Shown: piece after piece, positions 26,201 through 35,994 of the stretch
Layout of the letters: every line of letters begins with the position of its first letter
Numbering within the stretch: the first letter of the stretch is position 1
Assembly: GCA_020137815.1 (NCBI GenBank)
Contig: CM035355.1
Span: 372,001 to 436,000, forward strand
DNA from: Hormiphora californensis
Lineage: Eukaryota; Animalia; Ctenophora
DNA: 64,000 nucleotides
Reading direction: 5' to 3'
Notes under the pieces: model-generated
Database searches by the model: none
Seen by the model: the letters and a program-made list of their open reading frames with translations, nothing else
Told to the model about the DNA's origin: nothing
Program-made: the position numbers and the translations under genes

Positions 26201-29200
26201 AACATGACGAATTTGGGGGCGATACGGTTAGTTGATATCCGGTAAATCAAGCTTTGACTGTTATTATAAACTTGACAGAGAAAAAGGATCGGTTGATTGT
26301 TTATCTCTATTATAATTTGGAGATGAACGTCGTCGAAGTCGAAGTCGTTCATTCAGCGGTATCTACGCGACAGTGCTCCTTCATAAAACATTTTATGTGC
26401 ACAAAGCTGTAAAGCTGTTGCTCACACTTTTGGAACTTCCACTGGAAGTTTGTTGATATTTTCGAATGAATTTTAACATGCCAGTCGTTTTATTGACGTT
26501 GAAAGGGGCGAAAAGTACCGCCCGGCGCAGCCGGGTGGGTTGTCAAAAAGCCCTTACTTGAGGCGCACCCGATGGGTGCGCTAGTGTTACATATATTGAA
26601 TATATACCTGATACTGCCACGGCAGAGCTGTTAGTCAAGAATTCTTGTTCACCAAATACAAAGACACATGTGTAACTCCCGCTAAGGGATGCATCTAGAT
26701 AGCCAATGACCAGTCTGGCGGTAGACTCTGATGTCGTGTATGAGAGACTGGTATAGATGCTTGTATCAACATCACCCCCTTCAAATAGCCACGTTGCAGA
26801 CACATCCACTCCATCGGGTGCACGAGAGGCAACTGCAGTCAGGGTGAGAGAGTCTCCCTCGGACAGCCAGCCAAGATCATCCGCGGGCGAGGATATTATC
26901 ACTGCAGGGGGCCGAATATGGGTTAAATTTGATTTGGTTTCTGATGCTGCATCACTGTATAGCGTGCACAAAAACACAGTCATACACGGTGTTCATTTTG
27001 GATCTTAACAAGCGTTGGGCTTCACCCAGAAAAAAGTTTGTAAGATTAGCTTATGAAACTTCATACTTGGACTATTCTTAGGGGAAACTCTAACTGAATG
27101 GCATCCCATTAATGGGATCCCATCAACAGTAAAACTCTAACTGATAATGGACCACAGTGATGGTTCTTTCCCTGTATTCTCTCTGTGTGCACGCCCGCGC
27201 CCGGGCATGCCCAATGTACTGCAGTGCCTACAGAGAGAATACAGAGAAAGAACCATCACTGTGGTCCATTATCAGTTAGAGTTTTACTGTTGATGGGATC
27301 CCATTAATGGGATGCCATTCAGTTAGAGTTTCCCCTAACACCAGGAACCTTGAATGAGGGTATAGACTATAGAATAGTCCAAGTATGAAGTTTCATAAGC
27401 TAATCTTGCAAACTTTTTCCTGGGTGAATCCCCCAGTGTCAAAGTTCGGGTATCCCGGGATCCTGGCTGCTAGTCAATTTTTTCGCCAAGATATCTAGTC
27501 AATTTTCTAAAATGGGAAATTATAGTGAGACTATGGTATATTTACTGTTGTAGCACATTTAAAAAAACAATGTAAATAGGGATGACAAACTTCAAATCAC
27601 CATCTATGTATTTTCTCTAATTTACAGAACATTGTTTTCTCTGATTTTCACCAATCACCATCTCCATTCTTACATTTTCCATCAGTGGTGTAGTGGTTAC
27701 ACCATGGACTCTCACCCCGATCGTCTGGGTTCGAATCCGGATGGGGTGATTTGGCTTACTTTTTACTTTCATGATTTTTCTCTCTCTATATTCATTCTAG
27801 TGTGTTGTAACATGACACTGATATCATCACAATATCATAGAAGAACGCTCGTCAGTCGTCAGTGCATATATGTGTGAGATCTCTCATTGATGCCAGAATC
27901 TCTAGTCGGTAAAGAGGGAGCCTAGGAGGTATCCTGTGCTAGTCATGGATCCCGCCACGCATGATAAGCTAATTGCTGAAAAGTCATGCTTTGTAGACTA
28001 GAGATCCAAACATTTTATACAGCGCTGAATAGTGAAACTAGCACAAAGGGTTGTGGTCGAGTGGTACAAATCTCGCCTGCCAAGCGGGCGACGCGGGTTC
28101 GATCCCCGGGATTGACAAACATCCTAGACGTTTTTTTTAAATTTTTTAAAAGTGTAACCCTTTGTTACTAGGGTAAACCGGGGCAATTCGAACAACTGGG
28201 GCAATTCGAACATAGTACTGCCCGTCTCTCACCTAGTTAAGCTATCATAATGACGTCATCCTATCTCCAGAAGAAAACTGCTCGTTCGAGCCTGCCCGTT
28301 ACCACTAAATAGGCTCTAGATCCGGTTTAAGTTGGTCAATTTCCGATTTGAAAAAACCAGCTGAAAGCTAATAATATCAGCTTTCAGATGGTATAAAAAT
28401 TATTTAAATATTCGCATGTTTTCATTCCAAATTCTGGTAAATTAAGATTACCGGGGCAATTCGAACAACCGGGGCAATTCGAACATGGGCAATTTGGTTA
28501 ACACACCGGGGCAATTTGGTTAACTCCCGGGCCAATGATGTGCAGTTCTTTGTACCACGTGATCACGCGTGATACCGGGGCAATTCGAACAAGAACGACC
28601 AGCGTGTAGATTGCGTGTAGATTACATTGTTCGAATTGCCCCCACCTCTAACAACACCAGGCGGGAATCTTCTTCTGGTGTTGTGAGGACGTTCACGTGA
28701 CTCCCACGTGACGAAATAAAGCACTCCTATTGGTGTTGTCCGAATTGCCCCGGTACCATTTTTTCCGACCAAAATTTTTAAATTAGTTATTTAGTTAAGT
28801 AAATGATGGTCCCTAGAGTTGAAATTTATCTTATTTGAAAGATAAAATAATGAACTTTAATCCTATATAATTTTTTTCATTGTATCTTTTTTTAAATGGG
28901 AGTGAGAACCGATTAAGTAAAAAGTTAACCATTTTGCCCCGGTTTACCCTATACAATAATCTAGTTATTTAATCAATTTGTTGAAACTTAATTATTAGAA
29001 GAGAAATTTTTTTTCCTTCCTAGTCAAATTTTGTAAAAAAAATCACGACCCTAGTCGGATTGAGATACTTTGACACTGGGGTGAATCCCAACGCTTGTAA
29101 AGATCCAAAATTAACACCCTGTATCATGTAGTACCTAGGTGATACGCTGGAACATGGCGGGATGCAATGAACTATAAGCAGTCACAAATCTTGGTGATAG

Positions 29201-31029
29201 CAACAACTAACCGGGAGAAAATATCTCAATCTCAATCGAATCGGTGAAACCATCATAGTCTTCCAGTGTACAATTGTACACTCCATTACCATATGCATTC
29301 TCGTCAGACCGGATGGTTAACACGTGGTCCTGTGCATAGTTGATAACATCGCCGTCCACAGCTGAATCCCAAGCGGTGTCATTGTCACCCGTTAGGTTAC
29401 CCGTAAAGGTAACATTGGACGAGTCTATCGTACCAGAAACAGTACATGTGAGGACAATGTCATCACCCTGGACGACAATATAACTCTCAGCCGTCAACTC
29501 AAGGTCCAAATCTAGAGGGTGGAGGAGTGGTAGTTAGATACAAAACTCCAATTAGTATAACCATTATATATACCTAGAATACTAATTACTATATATATTA
29601 CTAAAAATGTAACAATTCTTGGCGTAATTAGACAATAGACTAGGACCGTGAAATGGGGGTAGCAGTGGGATTAGCGAAAATTAAAATCGCGAAAATAGTA
29701 AATTTTGATCGAATCGCGAAAATTAATTGCCTCGAAAATATTTAGTTTTACAGTAATGATATCTCTCACGTACAGGTGATGCTCGTGGGTGATTGTAGTG
29801 TGGGTAAAACATGCCTTTTGGTACGATTTAAAGATGGAGCATTCCTAGCAGCCAGCTATATTGCCACCGTCGGGATTGATTTCAGGGTATGTTTTTATAT
29901 GATTTCAGTCTATACTGTCAGTATAACTACAGTCGGACCCCGATTTAGTGGCCCCCGATTTAGTGGCAGGATCCCCCCCCCCCGATATACGAAAATTAAC
30001 ATTATTTGAACCCGATTTAGTTGCACCCCAATTTAGTGCCAAGATTTTTTCCCTCGAGGATGCCACTAAATCGGGGTCCGACTGTATATTGTCAGTATAA
30101 CTGTTAATTCACTAAATTAGTTAGCTATAAATAGATATTGTATATTCACTTTGAATGATGAAAACTCTTGTAATCTAGTTTTAAATAAATATGGCCATAT
30201 GGTGAACGTCTTCATTCTGTAACATCTTCCACGAACTGAGATTCTTCATTCTTTAATAATCTCCTCTCTTTCAGTTCTCCTAATAATCTCCTCTCTTTCA
30301 GTCCAAGATAGTGAATCTAGATGGAACGAGAGTGAAATTACAGGTGCGTCCTAAACTGTGTGTAATGTGATGTCACTAAAGAGATGAATCTTTAATTATT
30401 CCCCATAATGTGAGATAAGATTATTATTTTCTAAGTTATTACCCCCCCCCTTTGGAGCGTGGTGAGAGAGGGTCGAGCAAGGCAAAGATAAGAGCGAGCA
30501 GTGACGTGTGTGTAAGTTTGTGTTAGGAATTGTTGAGTACCTAATACCTAATAAGTAGGGCAGATATGGCTGCCTTGCGCTCCAACACTAAATATTAATA
30601 CAAAACTAATCCCTTTCTCACTCCTCCCTATCTCTTCACCAGATATTTGATACGGCGGGTCAGGAACGATTCAGAAGTCTAACCCACTCATACTATCGGG
30701 ATGCACACGGTAACTACTATATTGGTTTCGGAGTTTCTTTAAGAATTTTGGTATCTTTAGAATGACTAGGACCAGTAAACACCCCAATACGATCCATATT
30801 ATAAAGTCCGTCCCAGGAGGTGGACCAGGACTTGGTCCAGCTGTTGGAACTGTAAAGTGAGTGTGTGAGATCTGTGAGTTAGTCTACTGAAACACTGTGA
30901 TAGGATACACACACACCAGTTCATACGCCACTACTAAATTCAGCTATTTCGACGGCAATACGTTTCGGCTCACTTACCCTCTACAATTGAAGTTGTCACT
31001 GTAGATAAAACTAGCCAAGTTAGTAGCAT
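12027..31029 (-). CDS. Multi-exon adhesion GPCR: signal peptide, 2 Ig, laminin-EGF repeats, GCC2/GCC3 (ephrin-receptor-like) Cys repeats, HormR, GAIN/GPS, 7TM. Span includes introns; both ends uncertain
   Basis: GT-AG exons: Ig 29212-29511 and ~26608-26950; laminin-EGF ~22840-22947, ~22672-22765, ~22500-22575, ~22220-22322 ([27 protein letters not shown]); [16 protein letters not shown] ~21118-21205; [17 protein letters not shown] ~19357-19497; Horm[16 protein letters not shown] ~18630-18730; GPS WLKDGC...[13 protein letters not shown] 15423-15538; 7TM exons ~15200-12610 ([36 protein letters not shown]). Confidence 0.88.
12792..12946. mobile_element. 155-bp MITE in an aGPCR intron
   Basis: ~30-bp TIR TAAAGTCGGATTTTTTGAAGTTGTCACCCC. 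It is absent from the duplicate at ~190-200 and a related copy lies at 38713-38861. Confidence 0.85.
12959..14235. mobile_element. 1277-bp near-perfect foldback element, Kolobok-like (TTAA TSD, GG...CC termini)
   Basis: TTAA|GGGTACACCTCGGCAAAA...TTTGCCGAGGTGTACCC|TTAA with arms of ~630 bp. The empty site is visible at ~175-185. Confidence 0.88.
14457..14568. mobile_element. 112-bp hAT-like MITE
   Basis: Perfect 8-bp TSD GTGCAGGG; TIRs CAGGAA(GA)ACCGACC / GGTCGGTTCCTG. Confidence 0.9.
15423..15538 (-). CDS. GPS autoproteolysis-motif exon of the adhesion GPCR
   Basis: WLKDGCDTV...[14 protein letters not shown], with canonical H-L-T cleavage triad and Stachel-like TSFAVMM. Confidence 0.92.
16115..16654. 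mobile_element. hAT-like MITE
   Basis: 18-bp TIR CAGGGGCGTCGACACGGG and internal GGGGTCTAGGGGGCGAAGCCCC repeats. The TSD is not clean. Confidence 0.75.
20199..20274. repeat. (AG)n microsatellite
   Basis: Direct inspection. Confidence 0.95.
22345..22480. repeat. Intronic ~31-bp tandem repeat CATGGTAACTTACCAACACACTCCCTAGTAAC (~4 copies)
   Basis: Direct inspection. Confidence 0.85.
23066..25282. mobile_element. Composite nest of non-autonomous elements with imperfect inverted arms
   Basis: Arms 23076-23240 and 24000-24150 are inverted. An inner element at ~23390-23957 has (TGGTGACAAA)n ends. 23270-23325 is inverted to 25230-25282. Confidence 0.6.
24153..25110. mobile_element. Long-TIR element with subterminal GTCGGCAGGGAGG repeats and a central (TAACCC)n telomeric tract
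   Basis: GGGTCGGCAGGGAGGTCATTCGG...CCGAATGACCTCCCTGCCGACCC; (CCCTAA)n at ~24655-24763. Confidence 0.8.
25285..25891 (-). mobile_element. Two head-to-tail non-autonomous Helitron copies (25285-25596, 25597-25891)
   Basis: On the minus strand each starts TCTCTATTATAATTT and ends with the GCGCACCC..TGGGTGCGC hairpin plus CTAG. The junction is exactly CTAG|TC. Confidence 0.85.
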
Positions 31030-34000
31030 GCCCAGCTTCAGTAGAGAGGTCAGGAAGATTATGTGGAGGTCTTCCTAACCTAAAATTATCTTTGCATTAC
31101 ACACGATATAAAGTTTTCAGCTCGAACTTATCAGGCACCAGAACTATCGCAGGAAAAAACTTTATGAAAACCATGGGCGGCGGGGGGGGGGGGTCATTAC
31201 GATCTGAGTGTTTATGGTGTACACCGCCAAAGTTAATTTTTTCCAACCTTTCACCCCAAACTCATGCACATGTGACTCCGGTCAGTTCTCATCTTGCCAA
31301 TCCGTTTTCCGGGAACCCCTGGCCAAAGGACATTAAAATTCACATACCGACCAAGTTTCATATCGATTGGATAAGATTTTGGGTGGCTACGGTGAAAAAT
31401 ATCGTATTTTTGGCATTTTTAACTTTCCCGACGCGATTTACGACCCTTAAACATTGAGTTGCGGGAAATCGCCATCAAGTAAAATGAAGTTCAAACGATT
31501 CTCTTTCCCCACCATGGTGTTAGTTTTTTATTTAGAGCCGTTTTCAGGGTCTTAGAAGCGTTTGAAAAATGTAAGTCTTTTTGTCGCAATGACGTCACCC
31601 CGTGACGTCACTGCTGTAAAGATCGGATCAAAAATCTGAGCCCGTACTTACATCCGCCTTGGTCCAAGGTACCAGTGTACAAATTTTCAGGGGTCTAGCT
31701 CAAAAACTGTGGGAGGAGTTTGAAAAAAAATTATCGGACTGACTGACTAACATTATGGAATCACTGCGCTGGCAAGCGCAAAGGTGGCCCCATCCAACCC
31801 CCCGAAAAAAATTCCCCCAAAAAACGGCCCGCTTGCTCACAGCGTATATATAGTTATTTCATACTTTTAGCCCATTTTGGCACTTTTTGACACGCCATAA
31901 CTCCGGAACCGGATGAGCTAGGAAGCTGAAATTTTGTACTCAGAAGCTTCTTGTAGACATCTATCGATGGTAAAAATTTCAAGTGGCTAGCTCATTTTGT
32001 TCAAAAGTTAAAACACCACCCCCAAAACAGAAAATTCAGTGTGGGGATAACTAGGTTGATACATATACATACATAGATAGATGTATAGACGCTTTATTAC
32101 CTTCCGTTTGGTCCCAGTTTGAGACGAACCAGACATCGTACGACCTTAAACCAAGCGGCATTCGACAGATAATTGTCTTGTGCATGTACCCATTTGGGTG
32201 GCGACTCTCAATCTTACCTATGACGCGCGCAATGACGTCACGAGTGACATCATTGCGCGAGATCGACTAACTTTTTTCAAACGCCTCTAGCACCCTGAAG
32301 ACGTGTTCCGATTTCTGATTTGACGAAAAAACGTTACCGGCAAATTGTCTGAACTTTCAGTTACTATATCGCGAATTTTCGTAGCTCATCATTTTGAGCC
32401 CTTCAATCGCGTCGGAAGTCAAAAATTTGACGAAAAATTCAGTAAAATGAACGTTTTTCGAGTAAAAACTCCCTTTCCTGACCACTGTGGTCAATGATAC
32501 TTTACAAGCTCCTTCAGGGTATTCATTCAAAATATATTGTGATGCAATTACGTCGTTACGTCGTCACTAATTACGTCAGATGACGTCATAATGACGTCAA
32601 AATTACGATTTTCACAGAAATTCGTCTCGTTTCTCATATAACACATCATTTTGACAATTTTACATCATGAAATCCCCATGAAATAATGTCATACTGACAT
32701 TAGAAACCAAAAAGGGACCTAAATTAAGCCAAAAACTAATTGGAATTAGTTGGCCGGAAAGGTGGCCCACTTACACCTTTGCCTGATGCCGGGTTTTATT
32801 TTAAAATGTATCAGGGATATAAGAGGTGAGTGAAATAGAGAAAGAGAAAGGGTGAGAGAGAGATTGAGATACCGACGTGACGTGAAGAGAATGACAGTTC
32901 GTGGTACCCGGTAGCAGCAAAAGGTGTAAGTGGGCCACCTTTCCGGCTAACTAATTCCAATTAGTTTTTGGCTTAATTTATTATATGGATTTATGAAACC
33001 TCCCATCCAACATCCCCCCTTTCTCTCTGTCTCTGTCTCTGCATCTACTATCTCTCTCTGAATCTCTCTCTGTCTCTGAATCTGTCTCTGTCTCTGAATC
33101 TGTCTCTGTCTCTGTTCCTGTACATTTTAAGTTTGATACTATTGATGAAGATGTGAATCGTATGGTACTGCTGCTATGCTGATGTTGTACCACTATATCA
33201 TGATAATCACAGATGATATTGTTGTGTGTGCGGAACGCGCGGATCTCTAAAAATAGAGGACACCGCGCGAAACTCCCACACTCACGTGTGATGCAATATG
33301 TGTGTATTATCACACAGTGTGAGAGTGTGTTATTGTCCATGCTGATTAATTGCTCGGGCCTCATCACTCTTAGTTCACGTATTGTGTCCCCTGTAAACCC
33401 CTTCAAGCTGATCGCTTGCCAACACACTGTGCAGTTGTATTATAACGCTATGTTAGCTATGGTATTTTGTTAACCATCTCAATCTTCTTACAGCGTTGTT
33501 ACTGGTATACGATGTGACGTGTAACGAATCTTTTCTAAATGTTAGGGTGAGTAGAACCATCCAATCACATGACCGCCAAAAATTGTCCGATTTTTCACTA
33601 GTCAGAAAGTCAATATCCCTACTCAACATACTATTTTATATACCGTGTCATTCCATTACATAGTACATACAACTTATCATCTGCCATACCTCACCCTTAA
33701 ATATCGGGCAAATACATGCTTGAAAATCGACAACGTTAAATTTCAGCCTTATTAGTTCTCCCCAACAGTTAGTAGAACTACCTTCCCTCCCCCATGATTG
33801 GTTGTCAGTTGTTGAGGACCATGCTAGTCCCTTCACCCCTCCTTCCCTCCCCCAGGACTGGTTGTCAGTTGTTGAGGACCATGCTAGTCCCTTCACCCCT
33901 CCTTCCCTCCCCCAGGATTGGTTGTCAGTTGTTGAGGACCATGCTAGTCCCTTCATCCCTCCTTCCCTCCCCCAGGATTGGTTGTCAGTTGTTGAGGACC

Positions 34001-34787
34001 ATGCTAGTCCCTTCACCCCTCCTTCCCTCCCCCAGGATTGGTTGTTAGTTGTTGAGGACCATGCTAGTCCCTTCACCCCTCCTTCCCTCCCCCAGGATTG
34101 GTTGTCAGTTGTTGAGGACCATGCTAGTCCAGACGTTGTGGTTATGATCCTTGGAAACAAGGCAGATAAGACGGGGGAGAGAGTTGTGAAAAGTGAACAG
34201 GGGGAAAGGCTTGCAAAGGTAAAGTGGTGACATGGTGACTAAGTTATGAGATGTTAGCTAATTAGTTAGTAATTAGTAGGTAAACACATAATCATGATGA
34301 TGAAGGTTTTGCAGAGTTTGCTCAGAAGACCTAAACTTTATCAGAAACTAACAATATGTTATTGACTTCAGGAATACGGGGTTGCCTTTTTGGAGACGAG
34401 CGCTAAAACGGGACTAAATGTTGATCTAGCCTTCATGGCTATTGCAAAGTAAGAATTAGAGAGAAAAGTATATAAGCAACTTTAGATAATATATATCTTT
34501 GATCTTTGCAACTCAAGTTGCTTCTTTGGTCGCGGTTTTCCTTGGGCACGTCGCGCCCCTCTAGCTCTGTTCGCGTGCCCGCAGGGCGCTCCCCTCGGGG
34601 GTTTTCCTATCTAAATGTCTAATATGATAAAAACCTAAATCTACAATTATACAAAATATTGCCGAAAAATAACCTTATTTTATTTCACAGGGACATCAAA
34701 GCAAAGCGATCCCTAAAGTCAATGGACAAGGAGTTTAATATGAATGATTTTATTGACGAAAAGAAACAGTCGTCAAATTGTTGCTAG
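26014..34787 (+). CDS. Rab26/Rab37-family small GTPase. Exons 25953(ATG 26014)-26067, 29776-29886, 30302-30343, 30643-30709, 33494-33546, 34096-34218, 34372-34448, 34691-34787
   Basis: All intron phases are compatible. FDHICK|[79 protein letters not shown]-terminal CC prenylation site. Confidence 0.93.
26304..26584 (+). mobile_element. Non-autonomous Helitron of the same family
   Basis: A|TCTCTATTATAA...GCGCACCCGATGGGTGCGCTAG|T, inserted between A and T with no TSD. Confidence 0.88.
27081..27335. mobile_element. 255-bp palindromic MITE nested in the above
   Basis: GGGGAAACTCTAACTGAATGG...CCATTCAGTTAGAGTTTCCCC with ~110-bp arms, flanked by TA. Confidence 0.85.
27678..27748 (+). pseudogene. 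tRNA-Glu(CTC)-derived sequence
   Basis: A-box TGGTGTAGTGG, anticodon loop CTCTCAC, B-box GGTTCGAATCC. Stems are imperfect. Confidence 0.55.
28047..28117 (+). pseudogene. tRNA-Gly(GCC)-derived sequence
   Basis: GTGGTCGAGTGGTA..TCTCGCCTGCCAAGCGGG..GCGGGTTCGATCCCCG resembles eukaryotic tRNA-Gly. The acceptor stem is degenerate and a T-run follows at ~28130. Confidence 0.65.
28169..28951. mobile_element. TIR element nested in the tRNA-bearing element
   Basis: TAGGGTAAACCGGGGCAA...TTGCCCCGGTTTACCCTA with many internal GGGGCAATTCGAACA repeats. Confidence 0.85.
29930..30084. mobile_element. pogo/Tc1-like MITE (TA TSD)
   Basis: TA|CAGTCGGACCCCGATTTAGTGGC...GCCACTAAATCGGGGTCCGACTG|TA. Confidence 0.88.
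30671..31029 (-). CDS. Candidate 76-aa single-pass membrane microprotein (exons 31029-30978 and 30849-30671). The first exon may also be the aGPCR signal-peptide exon
   Basis: [17 protein letters not shown] with phase-1 GTAAGT donor; TTTACAG acceptor, then [59 protein letters not shown] (TM followed by basic stop-transfer). Confidence 0.6.
31093..32715. mobile_element. Unclassified transposon-derived intronic sequence (Helentron/DINE-like motifs)
   Basis: AAATTTTCAGGGGTCTAGCTC..., AAATTTCAAGTGGCTAGCTC, GACT/CATA micro-repeats; no ORF. Boundaries are approximate. Confidence 0.4.
32720..32980. mobile_element. MITE with ~60-bp TIRs
   Basis: TAAATTAAGCCAAAAACTAATTGGAATTAGTT...AACTAATTCCAATTAGTTTTTGGCTTAATTTA. 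Confidence 0.8.
33781..34130 (+). repeat. 60-bp tandem repeat (~6 copies) spanning the splice acceptor of Rab exon 6
   Basis: CCTTCCCTCCCCCAG|GATTGGTTGTCAGTTGTTGAGGACCATGCTAGTCCCTTCACCCCT. Confidence 0.95.
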
Positions 34788-35994
34788 GAATGATTACTAG
34801 GGGTAACAACAGGTTGCTAGGATTGGTTGCTAGGGTTACAACAGGTTGCTATGGCATGTAAAACTAATATTAAATTGAAGAATAGGGCAACAGGGCGGTT
34901 GCAGAGCGACACCGAATTGCTAATCAGAGGGTTGGAAGTAAGAGAAAGACGGCTATACAGTTGTAATTGTGTACAGTTTATTAATATTATTTATCCCTGG
35001 CACCTAAAATATTAAAATATGCCTGATGAATATTATTAATTTTTGGGAAAAGTATTTGCAATATATATTTTTTTTAGATTTCAGAAGTATATGCAATGTA
35101 AGGTTGTACATGTAGGAGCCCTAGATCTCTCCCCCCATAAGAGCCATCTGCTCTTATGGGGAGTCAGCCGAATACACACACTAGGGGAGGGAGAATCGAA
35201 AAACCGGGATAACCCGTGCGTTCATAATCCCCCGATTCTTATCAGTTTATTCTCGTTGCAAAGTTATACCCAAGCCTCCCTCACGCAGCGATAACGCGTG
35301 ATGCCGCATCACTAATACTAATACATAAATGATGCCACTCCTCTCACCCCGCCTGTCTCTTTTCCTTCCCTTTTTGTACTACTCAATCAAAGATATCTCG
35401 TTAAGTTGTTGAAATCGTGTGTTGAGATCTCACCATACATACCAGTACAAAACTTCCTTGCCAGCGGGTGAAAATGTGTCTGAGATTGGGCTCCTTCTTA
35501 AATTTAATTTACCAATTTGAGAAATTCTCAATGTTAACCATATCGCAAATTCCACATTCATATTGGTTAACATATTTTAATTTTATTTAATGGTACAGGG
35601 TTCGAGTTATATAGTTGTGATATCACATGCACCTTCTTTATATCACATGCACAAGTCGTCAAGTCACACTCACATTCACTGGAGTTTTTGCCTAGTTATT
35701 TTCATTTATTTTAAATTTAATGAGCGATTTGTGTTGATTTGAAAGATTGAAACCTCATAAATGAGTTTTAATTAAATTAAATTATCAAGAAAATATTATA
35801 TCATTGGTATTTGGTAAAAATACAGATAACGCAGATTACGCACTACACGTAGGCCATATATGTCTGATGTTCATGTTGGTCGCGCGGCTTTTAATTTGCG
35901 CGTGTAAAATCTGCGCGCGATTTCTACTTTTAAGATGGATCTCTCTCCGGACAAATCTTTTTTTTATGTATGTTTTCCCGTCAATTTTTTTAAA

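Larger units (their letters stand above)
27432..29080. mobile_element. TIR element with 8-bp TSD carrying two tRNA-derived modules
   Basis: GTGAATCC|CCCAGTGTCAAAG...CTTTGACACTGGG|GTGAATCC; subterminal CTAGTC repeats. Confidence 0.85.
26985..29121. mobile_element. Tc1/mariner-like MITE (TA TSD) hosting nested insertions
   Basis: TA|CACGGTGTTCATTTTGGATC...GATCCAAAATTAACACCCTG|TA. The right arm is interrupted at 27432. Confidence 0.8.

Noticed and set aside
27678-28117. Functional tRNA genes
   Set aside because: Acceptor stems do not pair well; kept only as tRNA-derived sequences.
33781-34130. Possible CRISPR array (also 54366-55260)
   Set aside because: No unique spacers, eukaryotic context, no cas genes; these are plain tandem repeats.
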